Assembly (NCBI GenBank): GCA_016201795.1
Contig: JACQCF010000027.1
Location: forward strand, 113,161-177,160
Direction of reading: 5' to 3'
DNA: 64,000 nucleotides
Source: Candidatus Omnitrophota bacterium
GTDB taxonomy: Bacteria > Omnitrophota > Gorgyraeia > Zapsychrales > Fredricksoniimonadaceae
This document shows positions 1 through 10,171 of this stretch, piece after piece (the stretch's first letter is position 1; each line of letters opens with the position of its first letter). Under the pieces are notes generated by a model. That model searched no databases. It was not told the DNA's origin and saw only the letters and a list, made by a program, of their open reading frames with translations. Made by a program: the position numbers and the translations under genes.

Positions 1-99
1 ATTAATCTTATTATATTGCAGTCAAAATTCCTTTCCGTTAATATAATGATAAGTGAAAAGAATTTCAGCCAATCGTAATTCAACCTAGGTTTTTTCCCC

Positions 100-591
100 A
101 TGAAAATCCATTTTGCCAGTAAAACTCTTGAGGAATATTTAGACCGGCTTTCCCGTAAAGAGCCGGTGCCGGGCGGTGGTTCTGCGGCGGCGCTCACAGC
201 GGCGCTGGGGGCCGGCCTTGTGTCCATGGTCACTCATTATTCTATTGGACGCAAAGCCAACACCAAGGCCATTGACCACAAGCTCAATAGTATCCTCAAG
301 CAAAGCGAGACGATCCGCAAGCGTCTTTTAGAACTGACCAGTTTGGATTCCGAGGCTTATCTGAAAGTTTCTACGGCGCGTACTCTGGACAAGAAAGCTC
401 AAAAGCAGGCAGCTAAAGCAGCCCGTAACGTACCTCTGGAAGTTTGTAAGCTTTGTTATAAGGCGATTGATTTAACGCCTTTTTTAGTCTCAAAAGGTAA
501 TCCTTATTTACTCTGCGACGTGCAGGTGGCTGTTGAACTTCTGAGAGCCGGATTTAAAGGCGCTTCGGTCATGGTGAGGGTCAATTCATGA
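100..591 (+). CDS. Cyclodeaminase/cyclohydrolase family protein (FTCD C-terminal domain, FchA-like methenyl-THF cyclohydrolase)
   Basis: 163 aa, helical, Gly-rich PGGGSAAALTAALGAGL motif typical of formiminotransferase-cyclodeaminase C-domain proteins; 4-bp overlap with downstream folD as in fchA-folD pairs. Confidence 0.6.
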   Translation: MKIHFASKTLEEYLDRLSRKEPVPGGGSAAALTAALGAGLVSMVTHYSIGRKANTKAIDHKLNSILKQSETIRKRLLELTSLDSEAYLKVSTARTLDKKAQKQAAKAARNVPLEVCKLCYKAIDLTPFLVSKGNPYLLCDVQVAVELLRAGFKGASVMVRVNS

Positions 592-1433
592 GCATTATTC
601 TCGATGGAAAAATTCTGGCTGCCCAGCTCAAAGAGGATTTATCCAAAGAAATCGCCTCTTTAAAAGGTCAGCATCACCCCACACCTCGTATTATGAGTAT
701 TGCCTTTGGTCAATCGGCGGCCAGCCAGTCCTATATTACCAGTCAACAGAAAACCGCCCAGAGCGTGGGTATTCATTACGCTCTTCAAGTGCTGGATGAA
801 AAATTGCCGCAGCAGGAAGCGATTAATTTTATTCAAAAAGTTAATAGTTCCCCTGACGTGCATGGCATCATCGTGAATAAACCTATTCCGGCTTCCATTG
901 ATTTTTATACGCTTATTAATGCTATTGCTCCTGGCAAAGACATCGAGGGGATGAACTTGGCCAATTTAGGAGCGTTACTTATGAATAAAAGTCATCTGTG
1001 GCCGTGCACGCCAGCGGCGGCTCTGGCGTTGCTGAAATCTTGTGGGCTTTCTCTGCAGGGTAAACACGCAGTGATCATCGGCCGCAGTGAAATTGTAGGT
1101 AAACCCATGGCCTTACTGTTGCTTAAAGAAGATATGACGGTGACGCTGTGCCATTCGAAGACGGTTGATTTAGAAGATCACCTTCGAGGAGCTGACGTGG
1201 TGGTGGCGGCGCTCGGCAAGCCATTGTTTGTCAAAGGTGATTGGATCAAAGAAGGAGCGGTAGTTATTGATGTTGGAATCAATCAGCATGAGGGTAAAAT
1301 CGTTGGTGATGTGGATTTTGATTCAGCGAAAGATAAAGCCAGCTATATCAGTCCTGTACCCGGTGGCGTGGGGCCTGTCACTGCGGTCATCTTGATGAAA
1401 AACGCACTGGAGGCATTTAAACAAAGTTTATGA
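588..1433 (+). CDS. folD: Bifunctional methylene-THF dehydrogenase / methenyl-THF cyclohydrolase
   Basis: 281 aa; N-term MSIILDGK..LAAQLKEDL and C-term PVPGGVGPVTAVILMKN are FolD signatures. Confidence 0.9.
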   Translation: MSIILDGKILAAQLKEDLSKEIASLKGQHHPTPRIMSIAFGQSAASQSYITSQQKTAQSVGIHYALQVLDEKLPQQEAINFIQKVNSSPDVHGIIVNKPIPASIDFYTLINAIAPGKDIEGMNLANLGALLMNKSHLWPCTPAAALALLKSCGLSLQGKHAVIIGRSEIVGKPMALLLLKEDMTVTLCHSKTVDLEDHLRGADVVVAALGKPLFVKGDWIKEGAVVIDVGINQHEGKIVGDVDFDSAKDKASYISPVPGGVGPVTAVILMKNALEAFKQSL

Positions 1434-2470
1434 GTAAAATTTTGGTGGTGGGAAATTCTTCTGTAGTGACAAAGACCATTGAAACTATCCGTCAAAACGA
1501 TCAGCAATCCACCATTACCTTATTTTGTACTGAAAGTTTTTTGCCTTATGACCGTTTAGCTTTGCCGTCTTTGGTCGCCGGGCAGATGAAGGAAACCCAA
1601 ACACATTCTTTAGCCAACAATTTTTTTAGCCAGCATCAGGTGGATCTGATCGCCAATGAAAAATTGGCGCGCATCAGTTTCAAACGTAAGCATCTGACCA
1701 CCGAGAATAAAGTCCAAATTGACTATGATCAATTGATGATTGCGGATTTGGGCCTTTTGATGCCGCTGACGATTAAAGGTCATCAAAAAAAAGGCGTATT
1801 CGATTGCGCACGGCTTTCATCGGTGAAGGAGCTCATTAAATATTTGCCATTGGTGGATACTGTTTTTGTCATGGCCACTAACATTCAGGGACTCAATATG
1901 GCTTGCGCTTTGCATGGAGTTGGTAAAGAAGTGGTCATCGTATCTTCCGGTCATGGGCTTTTGCCGGATATTTTCGATGAGGAAACGAGTTCTTTGCTCA
2001 AACAAATTCTGGAAGGAAAAGGTCTGCGTGTGCTGACGGGAAATACGATCGAGGAAATTTTAGGTGACGCTGAAGTGAAAGCGGTACGTTTGGACAGTGG
2101 TAAAGTGATGGCGGCGCAGATGGTGATGGCAGATTTTATGCCTCTGGATTGGCGTTTGGTCACCCAACAGACCGGTTACCAGAAAATTGACGATGATTAT
2201 TTTCACACCGATCTGCCTTTGAAGCCTTCGCATTTTGGATTTAAAGTGGTGCAAGGGTTTTGCATGGGCTTTACCAAATTCCCTGAGGGCGGACGTGAGT
2301 ATTTAAAATTCGATGGTCCACAAAACGTCTTTAAAAAGATTTTTGCACAAGGGCAATATCTGGTGGGAGCGGTGTTATTTAACGCGCCTTCTCATGAGGC
2401 GAAGTTGTTGAAAACCATTGCCGAGCGCATTCCTGTAGCAGGTCAAGAAGAAGCTTTGTTAGGAGGCTAG
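1430..2470 (+). CDS. Pyridine nucleotide-disulfide oxidoreductase-like protein (degenerate dinucleotide-binding motifs)
   Basis: 346 aa; two-Rossmann-domain layout like NADH oxidase / rubredoxin reductase, but first motif reads VVGNSSVV rather than GxGxxG. Confidence 0.4.
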   Translation: MSKILVVGNSSVVTKTIETIRQNDQQSTITLFCTESFLPYDRLALPSLVAGQMKETQTHSLANNFFSQHQVDLIANEKLARISFKRKHLTTENKVQIDYDQLMIADLGLLMPLTIKGHQKKGVFDCARLSSVKELIKYLPLVDTVFVMATNIQGLNMACALHGVGKEVVIVSSGHGLLPDIFDEETSSLLKQILEGKGLRVLTGNTIEEILGDAEVKAVRLDSGKVMAAQMVMADFMPLDWRLVTQQTGYQKIDDDYFHTDLPLKPSHFGFKVVQGFCMGFTKFPEGGREYLKFDGPQNVFKKIFAQGQYLVGAVLFNAPSHEAKLLKTIAERIPVAGQEEALLGG

Positions 2471-2472
2471 GG

Positions 2473-3012
2473 ATGAAAAGAATAGAATTATTCTTTTTGT
2501 GTTGGGTGTGTCTGATGAATATCGGCTGGGTCTGGCATAAAAATCCTAAAGTCGATGATTATATGCAAAAAGGCTATCATGCCTGGCAGGTGGGAAATTT
2601 GACCGAGGCGATGAGTAATTATAAACAGGCCTTAATACTTCAACCCGCTCAAACCGACGCGCTTAATTTCCTGGGTGTGATTTACGAAGAAATGGGCCTG
2701 CCCCAAAAAGCTGAAGAACAATATTTGGCTGCCATTAGCGTGGATACAAAGTTTTTACCGGCCTATTCCAACCTCGGCATTTTATACTGGAATCAGGGGG
2801 ACATTGACAAATCCATTTTCTATTTTCAAAAACGTGTAGAATTAGGCAGTGCCCATGACCCCTGGACAGTTAAAGCAGAAAAAGCTTTAGAAAATATGCA
2901 TGCCGACAAAGCCGTAGATCGTCAAAGCTTGATTCAACAGGCTATAGACCAAGCTCATCAGCAAATGTCTCAATCTCAAAAAATCAAACAACAGGCTGTG
3001 CATGGCCAATAA
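2473..3012 (+). CDS. Tetratricopeptide (TPR) repeat protein
   Basis: 179 aa; N-terminal hydrophobic segment then tandem 34-residue TPR-like repeats (YKQALILQP..ALNFLGVIYEEMG..AEEQYLAAI..AYSNLGILYWNQGD); AGGAG SD before ATG. Confidence 0.6.
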   Translation: MKRIELFFLCWVCLMNIGWVWHKNPKVDDYMQKGYHAWQVGNLTEAMSNYKQALILQPAQTDALNFLGVIYEEMGLPQKAEEQYLAAISVDTKFLPAYSNLGILYWNQGDIDKSIFYFQKRVELGSAHDPWTVKAEKALENMHADKAVDRQSLIQQAIDQAHQQMSQSQKIKQQAVHGQ

Positions 3013-3018
3013 TCTCCC

Positions 3019-5376
3019 ATGTCCCATCAGAAGGTTTTTTTAATCGACGCGCACGGCATCTGTTACCGTGCTTTTTATGCCGTCAGAACCCTGGCGAATT
3101 CGAAAGGCCAGCCGACCAATGCGGTATTTGGTTTCTGTAATGCTTTGAGGAAACTCATGCGTGATTTTGAGCCCCATTACATGGCCGCTTGTTTTGATGT
3201 AGGCAAAAAAACGCATCGTCAGGAAAAATATGCAGAGTATAAAATTCAGAGACAAGCCATGCCCGAAGATTTACGCAGTCAAATTCCAGTGATCAAGGAC
3301 ATTCTAAGAGCCTACCATATTCCTATTTTTGAACAGGAGGGCTATGAAGCTGATGACGTGATCGCCACGTTAGCCGCGCGTTTAAGCACCAAGAAAGCAC
3401 CAGTGGTCATTGTCAGCGATGATAAAGATTTAAGCCAGTTGATGGACCAACATATTCAAGTATACAGTCCGCGCCAGGAGAAGATGTTGACGGACAAAGA
3501 TATCCAGGAGAAATTGGGGGTGCCTTCGTCTTTGATTGTTGATTTCATTGCCTTGGCAGGGGATGCTTCGGATAATATTCCTGGTGTTGAAGGCATTGGT
3601 CAAGTTTCAGCTGTCAAATTGCTTAAAGCGTACGGATCTTTAGAAAAGGTCTATCAGCACCTGGATGAGATTACACCACCCGGCCTTCAAGAAAAATTAA
3701 AAATGGGTAAGCCCCAAGCTAAACTCAGTCAGGAACTAGCGTTGGTGAATGCGCATGTGCCTATTCAGGCCACTTTGGAGGATTTAAAATTGCAGCCACC
3801 CAATGGGAAACGTCTCTATGAGATTTTTAGCGAGTTAGAGTTTCGTAAATTCGCACAGGAATTAACCGACCAGACAGGAGCACAATTAGCATCCGGCGAA
3901 AAGGACTCTGCTCAAAAGCTGGATTCTGTACAGATCAAAGATGAAGGGGGGAAGGTGACGGTTGTTGATGATCTAAAAAGTTTACGCAAAAAATCCCATC
4001 AACCTCTCCAGGGAAAAGTTTTTGATATTTTTTTGGCCCAATATCTTTTAGCCGGCGGCTTCAATCGCGCCCAGGCCGATCGGCCTTCATCGGGAAAAGA
4101 TTTTCGGCGATTATATCAGGAATTAAAAAAAGAGATTCACCAGCAAAAATTGGATTTTTTGTTTTATGACGTAGAAATGCCTTTGGCCGATGTTCTTTAT
4201 GAGATGGAAGAAAACGGCGTGCAATTAGACGTGCAGGTTTTAAAAAAATTATCCTCTGAGGGCACAAAGAAAATCAACGAAGTGCAGGATTCTTTGTTTA
4301 AAATTGCTGGTTTCGAGTTTAATGTTAATTCCCCCAAACAGCTTAGCGAAGTACTTTTTGAACGTTTGAAGCTGCCGGTGGTTAAAAAGATCAAGACAGG
4401 ATTCTCGACGGATGAAGAAGTGCTCACTAAACTTGCGGCCAAACACCCTTTACCGGCCTTGATTTTAGAGTACCGCCAGATCGCTAAACTTAAATCCACT
4501 TATATTGATGCTTTGCCACAGATGGTCGATGCCCAAAGCCGGGTGCATGCGAGCTTCAATCAAACCGGTACGGAAACCGGCCGCTTAAGTTCCAATAATC
4601 CGAATTTACAGAATATTCCGGTGCGTACGGATTTAGGCCGTCAGATCCGTAAAGCTTTCGTGCCTTATGCCAAGGGGCATGTGCTTTTATCCGCGGATTA
4701 TTCTCAAATTGAATTGCGTCTTTTGGCGCATTGTTCCAATGATGAGAATTTAAGTAAAGCTTTTAAAGCAGATGCAGATATCCACCGTTATACCGCTTCC
4801 TTAATATTTGAGGAGCCCGAGGGGAAAGTGGATGAGAGCATGCGCCAGACGGCCAAACGTATTAACTTCGGGATTATTTACGGCATGAGCGCTTTTGGTT
4901 TAGCCAAAGATTTAAATATTTCTCAAGTTCAGGCTCAGGATTTTATCGATAAATATTTTTTGCGTTATCCCAAAGTGCGCCAATTGATGGATCATTCCAT
5001 TGCCCAGGCGCAAGCCCAAGGGTTTGTGGAAACTTTATTTCATCGTCGGCGTTATTTGCCGGATATTAAAAGCGCCAATATGGGTCTTCGACAATTTGCC
5101 CAGCGTCAGGCGATCAACGCGCCCTTGCAGGGGACAGCCGCGGATTTTATTAAACTCGCCATGGTCAATATCAACCGGGCCATGAAAAGTAGGAAGTTAT
5201 CATCAACGATGATTTTAACCGTCCATGATGAATTGGTTTTTGATGTCCCTTCCAGAGAGCAAAAAGATATGGCGCATCTGGTGTGTCACCATATGGAAGG
5301 TGTGATGAAATTATCGGTGCCGCTGAAAGCCAGTTTAAAAGTCGGGCCTAATTGGTTGGAGATGGATTCCTTATGA
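3019..5376 (+). CDS. polA: DNA polymerase I
   Basis: 785 aa; N-terminal 5'-3' exonuclease (MSHQKVFLIDAHGICYRAFYA) and C-terminal family A polymerase motifs (DYSQIELRLLAH, QGTAADFIKLAM, HDELVF); short enough that the 3'-5' exo domain is reduced. Confidence 0.9.
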   Translation: MSHQKVFLIDAHGICYRAFYAVRTLANSKGQPTNAVFGFCNALRKLMRDFEPHYMAACFDVGKKTHRQEKYAEYKIQRQAMPEDLRSQIPVIKDILRAYHIPIFEQEGYEADDVIATLAARLSTKKAPVVIVSDDKDLSQLMDQHIQVYSPRQEKMLTDKDIQEKLGVPSSLIVDFIALAGDASDNIPGVEGIGQVSAVKLLKAYGSLEKVYQHLDEITPPGLQEKLKMGKPQAKLSQELALVNAHVPIQATLEDLKLQPPNGKRLYEIFSELEFRKFAQELTDQTGAQLASGEKDSAQKLDSVQIKDEGGKVTVVDDLKSLRKKSHQPLQGKVFDIFLAQYLLAGGFNRAQADRPSSGKDFRRLYQELKKEIHQQKLDFLFYDVEMPLADVLYEMEENGVQLDVQVLKKLSSEGTKKINEVQDSLFKIAGFEFNVNSPKQLSEVLFERLKLPVVKKIKTGFSTDEEVLTKLAAKHPLPALILEYRQIAKLKSTYIDALPQMVDAQSRVHASFNQTGTETGRLSSNNPNLQNIPVRTDLGRQIRKAFVPYAKGHVLLSADYSQIELRLLAHCSNDENLSKAFKADADIHRYTASLIFEEPEGKVDESMRQTAKRINFGIIYGMSAFGLAKDLNISQVQAQDFIDKYFLRYPKVRQLMDHSIAQAQAQGFVETLFHRRRYLPDIKSANMGLRQFAQRQAINAPLQGTAADFIKLAMVNINRAMKSRKLSSTMILTVHDELVFDVPSREQKDMAHLVCHHMEGVMKLSVPLKASLKVGPNWLEMDSL

Positions 5377-6761
5377 AAATAGTTTTTTGCGCTTCCGAAG
5401 TTGTGCCTTTTGCCAAAACAGGAGGGCTGGCTGATGTTTGCGGCTCCCTGCCGCCGGCGCTGGAGGCCTGTGGGCATGAGATTGTGGTCATTACACCCCG
5501 CTATAAAACATCCAAAGTCAATGCCCCTTCACCGGTGGTACGCATCGGTAAAAAAGTACGAGTCTATTTTATCGAGCACGGTCATTACTTCGGCCGCGAA
5601 GGGCTTTACGGGGATACCGATGGCGATTATCAGGATAATTTAGAACGTTTTTCCCACTTTTGTCATCACAGCCTTAAACTTTTAAAAAATATTCGTTACA
5701 AGCCGGATATTATCCACTGCCATGACTGGCATACGGCGCTCATTCCCGTGCTGCTTAAAACTAAATATCAAAAAGAATCTTTTTTTAAAAATACCAAAAC
5801 GGTTTTGACCATTCATAATTTAGCTTATCAAGGCGTTTTCCCTTGGGAGCAGTATTCTACTTTAGGTGTGGAAGGTCACTTATTTCACACTCAAGGGTTG
5901 GAGTTTTATCGTCAAATCAACCTTCTTAAAGGGGGTATTATTTTTAGCGATGCCGTCACCACCGTTTCTCCCCGTTATGCCAAAGAAATTCAAACCCCTG
6001 AATTTGGCTGCGGATTGGAGGGGGTTTTAAGAAACCGTTCCAATGATATTTATGGCATCCTCAATGGCCTGGATTATGATGCTTGGAATCCACAGGATGA
6101 TCCGTTTTTGGCTACACCGTTTTCGTCTCATCAATGGGAGGGCAAGGCGCACAATAAGGCCTTTTTGCAGGATTTTTTAGGAATGACGATGGATGAGAGA
6201 CGTCCGGTATTTGGCTTTGTGGCTCGTTTGTGTCATCAAAAAGGGGTAGATCTTCTTGTGCAAGTCGTTGATGATATTATCCGTCTGGGAGGGCAAATAG
6301 CTTTAACCGGTATCGGTGAACGTAAATACCATCGTATGCTTGAGCAATGCGCCAAAGATCATCCCAAACATGTCGGTATTCATTTAAAATTCGAAGAGCG
6401 CCTGGCGCATCAAATTTATGCCGGCTCCGATTTCTTCTTAATGCCTTCGGCGTATGAGCCTTGTGGTTTGGGACAAATGATTGCTTTACGTTACGGCAGC
6501 ATTCCTGTGGTGCATAAAACCGGCGGACTTTCTGATACGATTTCTTTGTATGATTCTATTCATTACACGGGCAACGGATTTTTATTCACGGAATATACCA
6601 AAGAGGCGTTTGTCAAAGCCATCGCAGAAGCCATCAAAGTTTATAAGGATCCCAAACAAATGGACTTTTTAGTACCTCAGGCTATGCGGTATCGTTTCTG
6701 GTGGGATAAATCCGCCAAAGAATACATCAGGGTCTATCAAAAATGCTTATCATCGGCGTAA
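5373..6761 (+). CDS. glgA: Glycogen (starch) synthase, ADP-glucose type
   Basis: N-term MKIVFCASEVVPFAKTGGLADV (KTGGL motif); ATGA overlap with polA stop; the track's 5352 start is an upstream TTG in the same frame. Confidence 0.85.
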   Translation: MKIVFCASEVVPFAKTGGLADVCGSLPPALEACGHEIVVITPRYKTSKVNAPSPVVRIGKKVRVYFIEHGHYFGREGLYGDTDGDYQDNLERFSHFCHHSLKLLKNIRYKPDIIHCHDWHTALIPVLLKTKYQKESFFKNTKTVLTIHNLAYQGVFPWEQYSTLGVEGHLFHTQGLEFYRQINLLKGGIIFSDAVTTVSPRYAKEIQTPEFGCGLEGVLRNRSNDIYGILNGLDYDAWNPQDDPFLATPFSSHQWEGKAHNKAFLQDFLGMTMDERRPVFGFVARLCHQKGVDLLVQVVDDIIRLGGQIALTGIGERKYHRMLEQCAKDHPKHVGIHLKFEERLAHQIYAGSDFFLMPSAYEPCGLGQMIALRYGSIPVVHKTGGLSDTISLYDSIHYTGNGFLFTEYTKEAFVKAIAEAIKVYKDPKQMDFLVPQAMRYRFWWDKSAKEYIRVYQKCLSSA

Positions 6762-7348
6762 CCGGAAGTTTTGGCTCAGGTAAAACCACTGTCGCTAGCA
6801 TGTTCAAAGATTATGGGGCACTGACCATTGATGCGGATGCCATCACCCGACAGCTTTTGGCCCCAGGTGGAAAATGTGTAAAAACAGTGGTAAAAATTTT
6901 TGGACATGCTATACTTAATATAAATAAGATAAACCGTGTTGCTCTAGCCAAGATCGTTTTCCAAGATCCGCGTGAACTCAAAGTACTCACCAATATCCTT
7001 TATCCGGTTGGCTTAAAAGAAGTCAAAAAACAAATTGCTGTACATAAAAATGCGAAATTGATTATTTTGGATGTGCCTTTGTTATTCGAATCCGGCTGGG
7101 ATCAACTGGCGGATGTGAGCATTGTCGTACAATCAAATCAAACCACACAGATTAAACGATTGCAAAAATATCTAGGGCTTTCTAAGGGCGATATCTTGCG
7201 CCGTATCAAATGCCAGATGCCATTGAAGGAAAAGTTACCAAGAGCGGATATCGTCATCGATAACCGCGGTTCATTAGCACAAACGCGCGCCCAGGTAGCG
7301 GCGATAGTTCATAGATTGATGATGAGTCGGAAATGTTCCGACAATTAA
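6743..7348 (+). CDS. coaE: Dephospho-CoA kinase
   Basis: 201 aa; P-loop [14 protein letters not shown] at N-terminus, CoaE length and layout. Confidence 0.8.
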   Translation: MLIIGVTGSFGSGKTTVASMFKDYGALTIDADAITRQLLAPGGKCVKTVVKIFGHAILNINKINRVALAKIVFQDPRELKVLTNILYPVGLKEVKKQIAVHKNAKLIILDVPLLFESGWDQLADVSIVVQSNQTTQIKRLQKYLGLSKGDILRRIKCQMPLKEKLPRADIVIDNRGSLAQTRAQVAAIVHRLMMSRKCSDN

Positions 7349-7370
7349 CAAGCAAAACCAGGAGAAATAC

Positions 7371-8708
7371 ATGAGCAGGGCAGAGACAAAACAAGAAAAA
7401 GAAGAAAAGAATGACAACGGCAATGGTGATTATAAACCCGCCAATCCATCGGGCAAGACCGTCAATATCGAAGATCTCAAAGAGATGAAAATGGCGGAGC
7501 TAACCAAATTGGCCCATGACATGGATGTACAAGGTACCAGCGGTCTTAAAAAACAGGAATTGATTTTTAAAATCCTCCAGGCCCAGGCGGAAAAAGAAGG
7601 GCTGATGTTTGGTGAAGGGACTCTGGAAATCCTCTCCGAAGGTTTTGGGTTTTTACGTTCAGCCAAATACAATTACCTACCGTGTCCTGATGATATTTAT
7701 ATCTCTCCTTCTCAAATACGCCGTTTCGATTTAAAAACGGGGGACACCGTTTCCGGTCAAATACGTCCTCCCAAAGAAGGCGAAAAATATTTCGCGCTTC
7801 TAAAAGTTGAGGCGGTCAATTTTGAAAATCCCGAAAAATGTAAAGATAAAATCTTTTTTGACAACCTCACACCGCTTTATCCTAAAGAGCGTCTGAATTT
7901 GGAGACCACCCAGCAGGAGGTGTCTACGCGGATTATTAATCTGCTGACACCCATCGGCAAGGGCCAACGCGCTTTGATTGTGGCGCCTCCCTATAGCGGT
8001 AAAACCGTTTTGCTGCAAAAAGTGGCCAATGCCATTGTGCAGAACCATCCGGAAGTTATTCTCATTGTACTTTTGATTGATGAGCGTCCGGAAGAAGTTA
8101 CCGATATGCAAAGAAGCGTCAAGGGCGAAGTGATCGCTTCCACCTTTGATGAGCCTGCGGAACGCCACGTACAGATTGCCGAAGTCGTGATCGAAAAAGC
8201 CAAACGTTTGGTGGAGCATAAACGCGATGTGGTGATCCTATTGGATTCGATTACTCGTTTAGCGCGTGCTTATAATACCGTTGTACCGCATTCGGGCAAA
8301 ATTCTCTCCGGTGGTGTGGATTCCAATGCCCTGCATAAACCTAAGCGCTTTTTTGGAGCGGCGCGCAACATTGAGGAAGGCGGTTCTTTAACAATTATCG
8401 CAACCTCATTGGTTGATACCGGCAGCCGCATGGATGAAGTTATTTTCGAAGAGTTTAAAGGTACCGGCAACATGGAATTGCAGCTGGACCGTAACCTCTT
8501 CCAGCGTCGTATTTATCCGGCCATTGACATCAAACGTTCCAATACCCGCCATGAAGAATTATTGGTTCCTGAAGGAGATCTTCAGCGCGCCTGGCTTTTG
8601 CGTAAGGCCTTTAATGACCTTAACGCAGCAGAGGCTATGGAGCTTTTGATCGATAAAATTTCCAAATTTAAGACCAACTCAGATTTCCTGCAGAATATGA
8701 ATAAGTAA
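7371..8708 (+). CDS. rho: Transcription termination factor Rho
   Basis: 445 aa; N-terminal RNA-binding domain ([12 protein letters not shown]), Walker A ([17 protein letters not shown]), Rho Q/R loops; short low-complexity N-terminal extension. Confidence 0.9.
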   Translation: MSRAETKQEKEEKNDNGNGDYKPANPSGKTVNIEDLKEMKMAELTKLAHDMDVQGTSGLKKQELIFKILQAQAEKEGLMFGEGTLEILSEGFGFLRSAKYNYLPCPDDIYISPSQIRRFDLKTGDTVSGQIRPPKEGEKYFALLKVEAVNFENPEKCKDKIFFDNLTPLYPKERLNLETTQQEVSTRIINLLTPIGKGQRALIVAPPYSGKTVLLQKVANAIVQNHPEVILIVLLIDERPEEVTDMQRSVKGEVIASTFDEPAERHVQIAEVVIEKAKRLVEHKRDVVILLDSITRLARAYNTVVPHSGKILSGGVDSNALHKPKRFFGAARNIEEGGSLTIIATSLVDTGSRMDEVIFEEFKGTGNMELQLDRNLFQRRIYPAIDIKRSNTRHEELLVPEGDLQRAWLLRKAFNDLNAAEAMELLIDKISKFKTNSDFLQNMNK

Positions 8709-8736
8709 GGTAAGGATTAGAGGTAACAAAGCTTAC

Positions 8737-8765
8737 TTGCAAAATATGAACAAATAAGGTATTAT
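8737..8765 (+). promoter_or_regulatory. sigma70-like promoter for rpmE-prfA-prmC (TTGCAA-17-TATTAT)
   Basis: -35 TTGCAA at 8737-8742, 17-nt spacer, -10 TATTAT at 8760-8765, about 60 nt upstream of the rpmE ATG. Confidence 0.4.
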
Positions 8766-8824
8766 ATCGCCCTTTGATTAATAAGGTAATCCTTCGCTCC
8801 CGCAATGAAGGAGGTTAAAAGTTC

Positions 8825-9028
8825 ATGAAAGCAGAGATTCATCCACCCTACGAAGAAACCACCATCACCTGCGCTTGCGGGAATGTGATTCATACGCGGG
8901 CCACTAAAAAAAATATTCGTGTGGAAATCTGTTCCCAGTGTCATCCTTTTTTTACAGGATCCAAGAAGCTCGTGGATACGGCCGGCCGTATTGAACGTTT
9001 TAATAAACGGTATGCTAAAGGCAAATGA
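8825..9028 (+). CDS. rpmE: 50S ribosomal protein L31 (Zn-ribbon type A)
   Basis: 67 aa [25 protein letters not shown]; strong GAAGGAGG SD. Confidence 0.9.
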   Translation: MKAEIHPPYEETTITCACGNVIHTRATKKNIRVEICSQCHPFFTGSKKLVDTAGRIERFNKRYAKGK

Positions 9029-10082
9029 TCAAACCAAATTGGTCAAGGCCCAAGAACGTTATCTCGAGCTTGAAAAACTCTTGGCTGACGAAAAGGTTAT
9101 TTACGATCAAAATCAGTACGGTAAATTAGCCAAAGAATTTGCCGGGCTGGCCAATCTGATTGAACTTTACCGAACCTACCAAAAGACCGCTTCTAATATC
9201 AAAGAACTGCAGGAAATTCTCAAAAGCAAGACCGAGGCTGATTTAAAAGAATTGGCCCAGTCGGAGTTGGTGGATTTACAGCCCCGGCTGGAACAATATG
9301 CCCGGCAGTTGACGGATTATTTAGACCCTTCCAAAAACGAACCGGATAAAGATATTATTATAGAAATCCGTGCCGGCACCGGTGGCTTAGAAGCCAGTTT
9401 ATTTGCGGTTGATTTATATCGCATGTATTCTAAATACGCGGATCTCAAGGGTTGGAAATTGGAATTAATGTCCTATGCTCATACCGAAGCCGGAGGAGCT
9501 AAGGAAGTTATTTTTTCTCTAAGTGGTAAAGAATGTTCCAAGCGTCTCAAATGGGAAAGCGGAATACATCGCGTTCAGCGTGTACCCACCACCGAGGCCT
9601 CAGGGCGTATCCATACTTCGGCGGTTACCGTGGCTATTTTATTTGAGCCGCAAGAAATTGATTTGCAGATTGATCAGAAAGATTTGAAGATTGATGTCTA
9701 CCGTTCTTCAGGCCCGGGCGGGCAAAGTGTGAACACCACTGATTCAGCAGTGCGTATTACGCATTTACCATCGGCAACGGTAGTTGTTTGCCAGGATGAG
9801 CGTTCACAGTTAAAGAACAGGGCCAAAGCCATGCGTATTTTGCGTGCGAGGATTTTGGATAAAATGCAGCAGGATGCTTTTGTCAAGGAAGCGGCCTTGC
9901 GTAAATCCCAAGTCGGTTCCGGCGACCGCAGTGAAAAAATTCGCACTTACAATTTTCCCGATCGGCGCGTGACCGATCATCGTATTGGCTTTACCAGCCA
10001 TCGGCTGGAGATGATGTTAAACGGGGATTTGGATGAATTAACCAATGCCCTTATAGCCGCCGAGAAAGAATTGAAAGAATAA
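9012..10082 (+). CDS. prfA: Peptide chain release factor 1
   Basis: RF1-type PxT tripeptide ([14 protein letters not shown]) and GGQ motif ([12 protein letters not shown]). Start placed at the MLKANDQ ATG overlapping the rpmE 3' end; the upstream part of the track ORF is read-through. Confidence 0.85.
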   Translation: MLKANDQTKLVKAQERYLELEKLLADEKVIYDQNQYGKLAKEFAGLANLIELYRTYQKTASNIKELQEILKSKTEADLKELAQSELVDLQPRLEQYARQLTDYLDPSKNEPDKDIIIEIRAGTGGLEASLFAVDLYRMYSKYADLKGWKLELMSYAHTEAGGAKEVIFSLSGKECSKRLKWESGIHRVQRVPTTEASGRIHTSAVTVAILFEPQEIDLQIDQKDLKIDVYRSSGPGGQSVNTTDSAVRITHLPSATVVVCQDERSQLKNRAKAMRILRARILDKMQQDAFVKEAALRKSQVGSGDRSEKIRTYNFPDRRVTDHRIGFTSHRLEMMLNGDLDELTNALIAAEKELKE

Positions 10083-10109
10083 ACGGCGGCCGGTTAATAG
10101 CAGATGGTT

Positions 10110-10155
10110 AATGGTAAATGGTTGAAGAGTTTTTTACTATTAACCATTGACCATT
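10110..10155. repeat. Imperfect 14-bp inverted repeat (AATGGTAAATGGTT / AACCATTGACCATT) between prfA and prmC
   Basis: Arms at 10110-10123 and 10142-10155 (13/14 complementary) with an 18-nt T-rich loop; flanked by reiterated GGTTAAT and ACTATT half-sites. Confidence 0.4.
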
Positions 10156-10171
10156 CACTATTGACTAAACC

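Noticed and set aside
16-47. Possible promoter upstream of the first gene (TTGCAG ... TATAAT)
   Set aside because: The 20-nt spacer is too long for a standard sigma70 promoter, and the window edge prevents seeing the upstream context.
8919-9011. N-terminal 31 codons of the track's prfA ORF (MWKSVPSV...)
   Set aside because: This stretch overlaps the rpmE coding region in another frame and has no RF1 homology; the real prfA start is the MLKANDQ ATG at 9012.
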